This document shows positions 50,826 through 62,790 of a stretch of DNA of 64,000 bases, in pieces (the stretch's first letter is position 1; every line of letters starts with the position of its first letter). A model generated the notes under the pieces. That model had not been told where the DNA came from, ran no database searches, and saw only the letters and a list, made by a program, of their open reading frames with translations. Source of the stretch: Heterodontus francisci (lineage: Eukaryota); assembly GCF_036365525.1 (NCBI RefSeq), contig NC_090382.1:111820372-111884371 (forward strand), given 5' to 3'. A program made the position numbers and the translations under genes.

Positions 50826-51194
50826 GTCCCAAGGTCTGTTGCCCAGAACCTTCCACGGTTTTCCACGTGCGGTCTAATCTGGGCTATGTATTGTTATAAT
50901 ATAGCTTCTACCCCTTGTATTTTAGTCTTTTGGACACAAAGGCAAGCATTCAAATAACCATTTGATTATTTTATGGACTCATCCAGGATATTTTTATAAT
51001 CATTGTCAAAAGACTACCAAGTATATTTTGAACACACCTCCCCCACTGTGTCTAGCTTTTCACAATTTGGAAAGTGCTCTATTCTATCCACACATTTTTT
51101 CTACTTTTACAACCATGTGTCACAGTTCTGCCCATTCGCTTAATCTATTAATAGCTCCTTGTAATTTTATGGTTCCATCAACACTGCTTACAAA

Positions 51195-52780
51195 CATGCA
51201 AACATACAAATTAGGAGCAGGAGTAGGCCATTCAGCCCCTTGAGCCTGCTCCACCATTTGATAATATCATGGCTGATCAGATTGTGGCCTTAACACTACT
51301 TTCCTATTAACTCCCTATACCGTTTGACTCCCTTGAAAATAAAGTATCTATTTAACTCAGCCTTAAAGATATTCAATGACCCTGTCTCCACTGCTCTTTG
51401 GGGAAGAGAATTCCACAGCCTAACGATCCTCTGAGAGAAAATATTTCTTCCCATCTCCGTCTTAAATTGGAGACCCCTTATTTTTAAATTATGTCAGCTG
51501 GTTCTAATCTCTCTCATCACGGGAAATATCCTCTCAGCATCCACCCTGTCAAGTCCCCTCAAGATCTTATATGCTTGAATAAGATCACCTCTCATTCTTG
51601 TAAACGCCAATGTATACAGTCCCAACCTGTCCAATCTTTCCCCATAAACCCTTCATCCCAGGAATCAGTCGAGTGATCCTTCTCTGAACTGCTTCTAATA
51701 CAATTATATCCTTTTTTAAGTAAGGAGACTAAACTGTACAACTTACAATGCTACTTATCTTTGTGTCATTGGCACAGTTGGGTATGTGGCTTTCTATCCC
51801 ATCATCTAAGTCGTGAATAAATATAGTGAATAGTTGAGGCCCCAACAGCATGAGTCGCATTCTGTCAATTCGAGTACTTGCCCATTTTGTATGCCTTTGT
51901 TTTAATTTTATGTTGCCCCTTACTTATCCATGATTGTTTTGTTTTGTTAAGTAGAATTCTTGCCCCTTAGGTCTATAGGCTGCTTCTGTACTGCATTAAA
52001 TTCTTCTTCAGCACCTCACACCAATCTTCCATCATTTTGTTCATTGATATATTAGCTCACTTTACTATGGACAGCCTCTGTCTTACAACATTGAAATCAG
52101 CTTTTCCCAAACTACAAATCTTTGTAGCCGTTTCCCCTTTCTCCCATTCAAACACGACATTCAATTTAATCATATTGTGGTTGTTATTAGATAAATTTTC
52201 ATGCAATGTAAGGTTGTTAACAAAATCTATTTCATTACTCATTACTAAAACAAATGCACCATGTCCCCTTCTTGGCTCTACAACATATTTTTGCCAGTCT
52301 GTTTGTCCCAATCTATATGAAAGTTAAAAACCTTAAATAAAACCAATTTGTCTTGGCTACCTACTTGTCTAATCTCTATTTATATAGTCGACAACTTCAC
52401 AACTGCCATTGGGGTGGGTTGGGTGGCTTTACATAAATCCCACTGCAGTTTTAAATCCTTTTCCATTTCTTAACTGCACCCATGAAATCTCCACTGTCTT
52501 TCCTATCCTCCCTTATCATTGAAATTATTCCATCCTCAATCACTAAGTTTAATCTTCACCCTCTCTGCCACCCCACCACGACTATTATTCAGACTCCTTC
52601 CTGTTGAATTTATAACTTGGCATATTTAGTTTCTAATCCTGATTGTCTTGTTGCGATGTTCCAGTAATGATGACCGTGTTATACCCTACAATTTGAATGT
52701 GCGCCTGGACTTCACTTAATTTGTTCCTTATGCTAAGAACACTTATTTGGACCATAGACCCTAATCTGTCCTCTGTTCTC
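51195..52780 (-). mobile_element. Decayed CR1 fragments
   Basis: Tail aacatacaaattaggagcaggagtaggcc. EN remnant QKYVVEPRRGHGAFVLVMSNE...NHNMI. Confidence 0.6.
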
Positions 52781-53459
52781 ATGCTTTGCTCACACATTTC
52801 TTACTCTTTCTCCTGATTTAATTAATTTAATTCTTTTAGTCATCAAATGTGAAGTTGGGGTTAAGAGACACGAATAAAAATGCAGGTGCCTGATATTACA
52901 GACTTGAAATAAACTCGGCTGTTTCTGAAGAGAGTATTGAAATCAAATTTTCAGATGTATATCAATTGTGAGGAGTCATACGGAAGCAAAATCGACAAAA
53001 AGGCGTCCTTATTAACGGAATGCATTATTCCATTGAAAGCAACGTACATGTTTCTTAAGAAATTTCGTACTTAGACAATTCCTTTGGGTAGAGTTAAGCG
53101 CTAATATATTGAAATCATTTGAATTTCCTGAGGGTGCAATGAAATAGGGATATGACGGACCTGGATGAGTTATTATATTGGCTAATTTTATCAGAGAAAA
53201 AAATGGTAGGTGAAGGAGTTCACATTTTACCCATGGGAAATATATATTGGTTTGACATGTGGAAGACGATTGATAGCCTGCAGTCATAGTTTAAGGTCCT
53301 GTGAATAATTTAAACATCAGGACGTGCAGGTAGTAACTCCGGATTATTCTTGGTGCCATGAACCAGTGAGTGGACAAATAGGAGAACATGGCAGGTTACT
53401 GAATGGCTAGAGACTTGGTGCAGGAGGAAGGGTTTCAGATTCCTGGGACATTGAGACCA

Positions 53460-55552
53460 GTTGCTGCATGTGGGCTTGTACTACTTCAGTATCTGAGGAA
53501 TCGTGAATGGTACCGAATACTGTTCAATCATCAGCAAGCATTACCAATTCTGACCTTATCATGGATGGGTGGCCATTGATGAAGTGGCTGAAGATGTTTG
53601 GTCCTGGGTCACTACACCGAGGAACACCTCCAGTCCTAGGGATGAGATAATTAGCCTCCAACTACCACAACCATCTTCTTTTGTGTAAGGTCTGACTCCA
53701 ATCAGTGGAGAATTTTTCACCGATTCCCATTTACTTCACTTTTGCTAGGGTGCCTTGATGGCACACTTGGTTAAATGCTGCCTTGATGTCAAGGGCAGCC
53801 ACTCTCACCTCACTCGTTGACTTCAGCACTTTTGTTCGTGTTTGGACGAAGGCTGTAATAAGTGGCTCGAGCAGAACCCAAACTGAGCAGCTTATTGCTG
53901 AGTAAGTGACAGAAGTGTTAATACCACCTTCCATCACTTTACTGATGATTGAGAGTAGACTGATAGGGCTGTAATTGAATGCTTTGGATTTGTCCTGCTT
54001 TTAGTGGACAGGACATACGCGGGCATTTTTTCACAATGTCGGGTAGATGCCAGTGTTGTAGCTGTACTGGAACAGCTTGGCTAGGGGCACGGGTAGTTCT
54101 GCAGCACAAGTCTTCAATACTACAGCCGGGATGTTGACTGGGTCCATAGATTTTGCCGTATCCAGCGCCTCTAGCCGTTTCCTGGTGTCACTTGGAGCGC
54201 ATTGCCTTGGCTGAAGACTGGCATTTTTTTGTTACTCATTCATGAGATGTTGGTGTCGCTGGCCAGGCCAGCATTTATTGCCCATCCCTAATTTCCCTTC
54301 AGAAGTTGGTGGTAAGCTGCCTTCTTGAACCGCTGCAGTCCATGTAGGGTAGGTACACCCACAGTGCTGTTAGGAAGGGCGTTCCAGGATTTTGACCCAG
54401 CGACAGTGAAGGAACGGTGATATAGTTCCAAGTCAGGATGGTGTGTGACTTGGAGGTGAACTTGCAGGTGGTGGTGTTCCCATGCATTTGCTGCCCTTGT
54501 CCTTCTAGTTGGTAGAGGTCGCAGGTTTGGGAGGTGCTGTCTAAGGAGCCTTGGTGCATTGCGACAGTGCATCTTTTAGATGGCACACACTGCTGCCACT
54601 GTGCGTCAGTGGTGGAGGGAGTGAATGTTTATGGACTGAGTGCCAATCAAGCGGGTTGCTTTGTCCTGGATGGTGTCGAGCTTCTTGAGTGTTGTTGGAG
54701 CTGTTCCCATCCAGGCAAGTGGAGAGTATTCCATCACACTCCTGATTTGTGCCTGGTAGTCAGGCTTTGGGGAGTCAGGAAGTGAGTTACTCGCCACAGG
54801 ATTCCTAGCCTCTGACCTGCTTTTGTAGTCATGGTACTTATGGCTACTCCAGTTCAGTTTCAGGTCAATGGTAGCCCCTATGATGTTGATAGTGGGGGTG
54901 ATGGAAATGCCATTAAATGTCAAGGGGAGATGGTTAGAAGATTTCCTCTTGTTGGAGATGGTCATTGCCTGGCACTTGTGTGGCGCAAATGTTACTTGCC
55001 ACTTAGCAGACCAAGCCTGGATATTGTCCACATCTTGCTGCATTTCTACATGGACTGCTTCAGTATCTGGGGAGTTGCGAATGGTGCTGAATATGGTGCA
55101 ATCATCAGCGAACATCTCCACTTCTGACCTTCTGATTGAAGGAAGGTCATTGATGAAGCAGCTGAAGATGGCTGGGCCTAGGACACTACCCTGAGGAACT
55201 CCTACAGTGATGGCCTGGAGCTCAGATGATTGACCCACAACAACCACAACCATCTTCCTTTGCACTAGGTATGACTCCAACAAGCGAAGAGCTTTCCTCC
55301 TGATTCCCATTGACTTCAGTTTTGCTAGGGCTCCTTGATGCCTTACTCGGTCAAATGCTGCCTTGATGTCAAGGGCAGTCACTCTCACCTCACCTCTTAA
55401 GTTCAGCTCTTTTGTCCATGTTTGAACCAAGGTCGTAATGAGGTCAGGAGCTGAGTGGCCCTGGCAGAAACCAAACTGAGCGTCACTGAGCAGGATATTG
55501 CTAAGCAAGTGCCACTTGATGGCACTGTTGATTACACCTTCCATCACTTTGT
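53460..55552 (-). mobile_element. Two adjacent LINE fragments (CR1/L2-group RT); better copy 54225-55552
   Basis: ORF 54606-55547 has QFGF, ALDIKAAFDRV.HQG, GVPQGSVLGP and MFADD. 3' tail at ~54225-54300. Confidence 0.85.
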
Positions 55553-55554
55553 GA

Positions 55555-57050
55555 TGGTAGGGACCTCATAGGAGGCCAAGTTGCATTATCCACTTGGCAC
55601 TTCTGGATGAAGATGGTTGCAAATATTTCAGTCTTGATTAGAGCTGTTTCAATGTTATGGGAAGGGTGAAAATCTAATTGGAGAGATCCGTGGACCTGGG
55701 AGATAACAACACTGTGGCAATGAGAGATACATTGGAGATGGGTTGGTAATTTTCAAGAACAGAGGAATCGAGGTTTTTTTTTAATGAGGGGGCGATGCTG
55801 ATGGTTACTAAAGAATGCACGGTGTTTGTGGTGAAAGAACCCTATTCACAATGACAGCTTGCATCAGAGCCAGGATGTTTAATGTTCAGCCCTTTAGTGG
55901 TCGAGCGAGTAGGAGGTAGGTCTCGTGGTTTACAGCTTTCATGGTTCTCGAGAGGGAATCGCGGGAAAAGCTAGACAGAGGTAGGAGTTTCAGACAGTGG
56001 TGGTGATTGCCAGGGGATTCTGGTGAAGGATTAGTTTCATTGGCAACAGCTAAGGAGGAGAGCAGAAGCACTTAATGAGATGCTGTCTCCCTTGCTAAGA
56101 AACAAATCCACGGATACCACACAGATTGTTAAATCTGAGTATGGATAGTAACAGAAGAGAGGCAGAGGGAGGGGATTGAGAGTTAAGAAAATGAATCACG
56201 CATTATTGACATGTTCCAAGATAAACATAGATCATTGGCTTGTTTTAGCAGAGGAAATTAAGATCCTAAAGGGCTCGATATATTGCAGCCAGATCCGGCA
56301 GGGTTGAAATAGGGTGGGGGCATGAGTGGTGATATAAATAAGAGGTTGAAGATGGTGCATTTAGTGATCACAGATTAGTGACGCCATGTCAGATAGCGAG
56401 GGAAAGGCAATAATCATGAACATTAAAGGAGAATTTATCGGGAGGACATGAGGACAGTGCGCTCAGAGGGGAAAAGGCAAGGGTAGGCGGGGATGAAGAC
56501 TTGACTCACTCGTGATACAGCTTTACTGATTGAAAGGATTAAGAAGATGCCAGAGAATTCGTGAAAAAGGCCAAGGTATAAAGTGGCAATAAGGGCCACC
56601 TACAGCTTTCAAGATGACATGGTGCTGTGGTGTGTGAACTGTGAAAGAAGATGCTGAAGTTAGTCTCCAGGGCGTACCCTGGTAATGAAGATGAGTGACA
56701 GAGTAAGATAAGGTACTGCTAATGGCTGCGTTTAATGGTCTTGTGGCAGGTGCCTTCCTGAGACTGCCAAGAAACGTAGAGAATATCCATCAGCTTATCG
56801 TAAGGAGATTCAAGCCTGAGAAAGTGGCAGGAGTACTATAAATTGAGACCTGTAGCATGAGTTTGTTTAGGGCAGCTGCTTCAAAGTAAAATCTGCTGGA
56901 GGCGTTCTAAACGACAGGCGAAACAAAACAATTTCACCGCCCATGGGAAGTAAGCAGATCGCAAAAAAATAAGTGATGGGGGTCAGCATCAAGAACAATC
57001 CCAGCGGGACTGGCATAGAACTGTCGCAGTGTGGAGTGAAACATCCCAGG
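55555..57050 (-). mobile_element. L2 relic upstream of promoter 4 (old homolog of 4420-6100)
   Basis: Shared blocks with unit A, e.g. tttcattggca, ccttgctaa, gagagtt(g/a)agaaaa, gcagaggaaat and tgaagttag. Confidence 0.55.
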
Positions 57051-58206
57051 AAAGGAGCGGGAAATGAGCCTGAAGAAGCCGACCGCAAAGTAGAATGGCA
57101 AACCAGCAAATAATATAGTTCCTTTGGAAAGTAATGGAGAAAATAAAGATTGCAGTAAAACCCTGAGGTCAGCGGTGAAACCCTGAGGTCAGCCCAGTAA
57201 AGACTGACTTTCTGCCCAATGCCCACCGTTCAGCTGAAAAGCCAGCAGTGTAGTAGAATGTAGTTCAGCACACATGTGGATATTTGAAGAGATGAACTGA
57301 CAGCGCAAATTTATGGCAACAGAAGCTTAAGGTTGAGACCAGCAGGCCAGACCAATTACGATGGCAGAAGAGTCCAGGACATAATTCTCGAAAAGTGCCC
57401 ACGGAAAATACAAACCAAAATTGGACATGAGCAACCTGCTATTAGAAACAAAGAGTCTAAGTTGTGCGGGAGAGGAAAGGGGGTGGGGTAGCAATGGATG
57501 AGCACGAATGGAGTTGCGAAGGAGAAAAAGGTTGGAAGTTGCCCGGGAACGGAGCCGAATGCTCCTCCACGTTGCATGCATTTGTGTTTCATGAAGCTGC
57601 CATGATTCCCCAAACACGATTTACCATACGAGATAGCCATATGATGTTATTCTGCCAAATTGCAGTTAAAGTTAGTAATACTCAGCAGTTTTGAATTCTC
57701 ACACTAGTTAAGCAAAGTTGAGGTAAGTATTTGCATGTGAGAAGAAAATTAATTTCCCGAAGGTGTGCGGAATCAAATATTCTTGCGCGTCATATGAAAG
57801 CAGTTATCAAGCTAGATTTCCGTCCTTGTAGACCGGTAAATTGTTTCCTATAACTTGGTTGATGAAAAAGACATGTACAAACGATTTTAACCAAATAATT
57901 GCCGAATCCGGAATGTTAATGAAAATGCTTTAGTGCAGCTAACCATTGCCATGGATGATTGCATAGTTTAATTCTTTTTCGCCGAGATCCCCAAGGTGTA
58001 TTGAAGAAATTAATATATTAGTAAAAAGAAATGTCTTTTCAATGCATCTCATATAATTGTAATTACACTACAATTTAATGAGGAAATAAAATAAATCTTC
58101 TCAGAAATATAGAACACCAAAGTCAATTAAAGTTGCACAACCTTAAATAGTCAAAGCAGTTCATTCCGGTGTTCAGCAGAGGCACTATTGCTTTAAGATT
58201 ATGTGA

Positions 58207-58254
58207 TATTATTGGCCGAGTCTCTTTGTGTCGCTGTCTACCAATGAGGTGAAG
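58207..58254 (+). promoter_or_regulatory. Pcdh CSE/CGCT box, promoter 4
   Basis: Same 48-mer despite diverged flanks. CGCT at 58232, 325 bp before the ATG. Confidence 0.88.
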
Positions 58255-58556
58255 TAATGTGCCTGGAGATCCAGCAGCACGCCCCTTACACAAAACAGTG
58301 CGCAGTATCGAAGAAACGAACAACACACAGCGTTCCAAGCTCTTAATTCGCAACTAAGCAAAGGCCGAAAAAATATAAGGTCATTTGTAAAAACATTCTC
58401 AGCGATCGCAATTAAAGGCGTCTCGGTGTTGTTTAGAAATTACAGCTTTCATCTCGCTAACCAAGGTAATGAACAATTACGTTTTGGACATTATATCTAG
58501 GGGCGTATAATTTATCAGAGAATCTGGCGGGTATATTTGCAGTAAATGGATCAAGA

Positions 58557-61025
58557 ATGGCCTCCTTGCTAAACAGGCGAATGTGGCAATGCCACGTTCT
58601 TTATGTGATATTCATATGCGTTTCCAATTCAGTTTGTGAGAATATTCACTACACAACTCCTGAAGAATTGGAGCTTGGTGCCTTTGTTGGTAATATTGCC
58701 TCGGACCTGGGGTTAGATATTAAACAGCTCGTTGCGCGCAGGTTTCGGATTGCATCTGAGAACAAAAAGAAATATGTAGACGTGAATTTAAAGACTGGAA
58801 TTGCGTTTATAAAGGAGAAAATAGACAGAGAACAGCTTTGTGAACAAATCTTCACATGCGTATTGGTATTAGAGGCTGTGATTGAAAATCCGTTAAAGTT
58901 ATATCGTGTAGAAATTGATATTCTCGACGTAAATGACAACGCGCCCGTGTTCCAGAAAAGTGAGGTTAACATTGAAATCTCAGAACTGGTGCTAGCTGGA
59001 ACAACTTTCCCGCTTCAGAGCGCGATTGACCCGGACGCTGGAACCAACAGTGTTCGCTCCTACCAACTCAGCCCAAACGAGTATTTCACTTTAAAATCGC
59101 AGTCAGACAACGAACAAACTGGCATCCCAGAACTCGTGCTGGAACGACCCTTAGACCGAGAGCAACAATCGACTCATTTGTTAACATTGACGGCGTTTGA
59201 TGGAGGAACTCCACAAAAATTCGGAACTACTCAGATTAAAATTACTGTGCTTGATGCGAACGACAATGCCCCAGTTTGTGAACAAAACGTCTATCAAATC
59301 ACCACTGCAGAAAATGTACCCCAAAATACTTTGATTGTGAAAGTAACTGCGGTGGATGTGGACGAAGGCCTAAACGGTGAGATAATCTATTCTTTCAGCG
59401 ATCACACTCCTGATAGAGTGCGGGAAGTATTTAGCTTAGATTCGGCAAACGGAGAAATCAGGGTAACCGGTATCGTGGACTTTGAAGAAGCGGAGAATTA
59501 TCAGGTTTTGATACAAGCTAAGGACAGAGGTACCCATCCAGTACCAGTATACTGTAAAGTTTTGATAACGGTAACTGATGTCAATGATAATTATCCTCAA
59601 ATAATGACAACATCTACATCGAACACGATCCCAGAAAACGCTTCGCCGAACACTGCAGTAGCTCTTTTAAAGGTTACGGACCGGGATTCTGAAAATAGAG
59701 CAGATGTTTATTGCCGGATCACCAGAGATATACCGTTTAAGCTGAATAGATCTTTTAATAACTACTACACCTTAGTCACCCATGGTGATATAGACCGTGA
59801 AAACGTGCCGGAGTACAATATTACCATTTTTTGTACGGATACTGGTTCTCCTTCCCTGTCGACTACGAAAACCATTCGAGTTCAAGTGTCAGACATAAAC
59901 GACAACGCGCCACGCTTTACGCAACCTTCCTTCACTGTGTATGTCGCAGAAAATAATGTAATTGGTAATTCTATCGGCTCTGTGTCAGCCTTTGATCCAG
60001 ATTACAATGAAAATGCCCAAGTTTCGTATTCCATTTTGGACAATCTTATAAACGGTTTGCCTGTATCTTCATTAGTCTCAATAAACACAGCTAATGGCGT
60101 GATGTTTGCACATCGCTCGTTTGATTTTGAGCAACTAAAAACGTTTCAAGTCCATGTGCAAGTAAGGGACGCTGGATCGCCACCACTCAGCAGTAATGCA
60201 ACTATCAACGTGATCATCGTAGATCAGAATGACAATGCCCCTGTGATCCTGTCACCTTTGATAAATAAAGGTTCCGCAGCAGAGGACACAATACCAAAAT
60301 CTGCCGATTCGGGTTACTTGGTTGCAAAAGTGACAGCCACTGATGCCGATTCTGGACTGAACGCTCAACTTTCCTACCAACTTCGTCAGCCCACTGATGA
60401 CAGCTTGTTTACGGTGGCTCCAGAAACAGGAGAAATCTGGACTATTCGCCGCTTTGGGCATAAAGATTCACTCAGGCAAAAAATAGTCATTTTGGTGAGG
60501 GACAATGGAACCCCGTCCCTTTCATCAACTGTCGCCATCAATGTATCAGTGCAGGATGATACAACAGAAAACGCATCTAATATTGGCATGTTGGGGACCC
60601 CTGGATCAGGGAAATTGGATTTCAAATTTTATTTAGTGATTGCTTTTGGTATAACCTCATTCATTTTACTTGTGGCTATTGTGATCCTCAGTTTTAAGGT
60701 GCACAGAAATAGAAATGGCACTAGTAGTTACTGTTGCTGTTGGAACACGTCGTATTTTCTACGGAAGGATTCGCTCCATGGAATTCAAAAGGCTAGTGTA
60801 AATCTTCAAATACCATATAATGACACAGAGATGTATGACAGCGCGACGCTACCGCAACCATTTCTCTATGACGCGTGCCAAGATTCAGCCATGAAAGATT
60901 TCATGTTTCTAAAGTTACACGGCTTGACAAAGCCCACGATTGAGATCAAAACTGGCTTATGTGTCGCTGCTGAGCATGAAAAGGCATCAAACTGTACAAG
61001 CAGGGAAGTCACTGCATTTCAAGAG
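58557..61025 (+). CDS. Clustered protocadherin variable exon 4 (more divergent paralog)
   Basis: Six EC repeats plus TM. Donor GAG|GTAAGT at 61025/61026, phase 0. The unspliced ORF stops at 61052. Confidence 0.95.
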
Positions 61026-61072
61026 GTAAGTGGTATATTTTTAGAATGTTAAGCTTCACTCAGCGTTTTAGA

Positions 61073-61730
61073 AGGTGCTGTAGAGTAGCAGTTATGCTGT
61101 TGCACTAGCAATCCTGGATCTGGACTAATAGTCGATCATGTAATGGCAGTGTGAGAAGCTGATTTCGCTTAAAATACATTTCAAGATCAAAACAAAGCTG
61201 CTTTCGGTATAGGTGACCATCAAGTTGTTGGAATATTGCAGTAAATTCAATTTAAGGGCGGCACAGTGGCGCAGTGGTTAGCACGGCAATATCACAACTC
61301 CAGCGACCCGGATTCAGTGCTGGGTCCTGCCTGTGTGGAGTTTGCAAATTCTCACTGTGACCGCGTGGGTTTCCTCTGGGTGCTCCGGTTTCCTCCCACA
61401 GCCAAAGACTTGAAGGCTGGTAGATAAATTGGCCATTGTAAATTGCCCCTAGCATAGGTAGGTGGTAGGACAATTGAGGGAAGGTAGGGATGTGGTATGG
61501 GATTATTGTAGGATTAGTATAAATGGGTGGTTGATGGTCGGCACAGACTCGGTGGGCCGAAGGGCCTGTTTCAGTGCTGTATCTCTCTATGATCATTAAT
61601 GTCACGAACGTCATTGAAGGAAAGAAGCTTGCTGTTACGCATTATTGTCGAAATGTGTCTCCAAACATACAACACGTTGTTTGATTCTTTGTGGCCTAGC
61701 AAACCACACAATCAGGGCAACTGGGATAAC
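61073..61730 (+). mobile_element. Old tRNA-headed SINE 3' of the exon 4 donor, interrupted by a V-SINE
   Basis: ctggactaata...gtgaccat...ggcctagcaaaccacacaatcagggcaact. Confidence 0.55.
61256..61592 (+). mobile_element. HE1-like V-SINE
   Basis: tRNA-like head (gggcggcacagtggcgcagtggttagcac), V-domain (tgtggagtttgca...gcgtgggtttcctctgggtgctccggtttcctcccaca) and a CR1-type tail gggccgaagggcctgttt shared with the CR1 end at ~35500. Confidence 0.88.
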
Positions 61731-62790
61731 AACAGAGTAAGCCATTCCAGCCAGTTTCTCAATTCTATTATATCCTGGCTGATTTGTATCTCCATCCCAT
61801 TGTTGCAAACTCCTTGATACTCTTACCTAACAATGATCTATAGATGGCAGTCTTAACAGTTCCAGGACATTAAAACTGTGCATCATCTATTGATCTTGTT
61901 TATCTAATAAACAGCATAGTTTCCCTAGCTGAAGGGAAGTATGATATCTGGCCATTTCATGGATCGCACCTGACGAATGATTACCTCATATTACATACCA
62001 AAGATTCTTTAGGATCAAGAAAATATTATATCATCAAGAAGAAAGGGAAAGTGACGCAGGGAAGCTGTAACACTGGTAAATCAAGAAAGGGTCAAATCTT
62101 AGCGCATATGAAAGATGGAATAAGAATAAATATAATAAAAAGACTATAAATGTGAATTACCTAGGCATGCAGACGAATATGGCTAAAGGTAGTTAGAAAA
62201 GATAAGAGGCTGGTTAAGAAAAAGTTAACAAAAAAAATAAGCAAAATGGAAGGAACAAATTAATCTATCAACGTTGATGGATTTACATGGATATGCAAAG
62301 CATCACAATATAAGTTGCGTGTATTAGCATTAATTATAATGGATGGATGTTTCTGCTGCCTTTAAAGAAACTTGGCTTCTTTGATAGAGAGTATGGAAAC
62401 CAAACATTTACAGTTAACACATTTTGTGGCTTTCAATCACCTAGGTTCTATTAAAAAAGGCAGACGATTCCCTGCCAAAAGCGTATTCTATATGTGGTAC
62501 AGAATTGCTTTCTTGTTCGGTTTCTACAAAAGTCAAAAGAGTTATTTGTGTTGTAGAATAAATCTATAGCAATGATCCAGATAATCAACCAGATAATGAT
62601 CAAAGGTTTAGTAATCATATTGTCAATGCAACTCAGATCGTTATGTAGTTATGCAAAAGAGAGAATGGCAGAAAATATTGCACATTCAAGAACAAATTTT
62701 AAAGAGCAACAGTAACAAAAGCATTAAGAATTAAGAACTGATGAGCAAATTTTAACAAAACGTTTGCTTTATTGAAAAATGAGATAAAAA

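Noticed and set aside
57158-57193. 16-bp direct repeat aaaccctgaggtcagc
   Set aside because: Isolated local duplication with no counterpart in other units.
8190-61025. Assigning alpha/beta/gamma, shark-specific subcluster names, or PCDH10
   Set aside because: No constant exons are in the window and no phylogeny can be run. The tandem variable-exon layout excludes a non-clustered PCDH10.
61256-61330. tRNA gene
   Set aside because: It is the tRNA-derived head of a SINE with a degenerate B box and no full cloverleaf.
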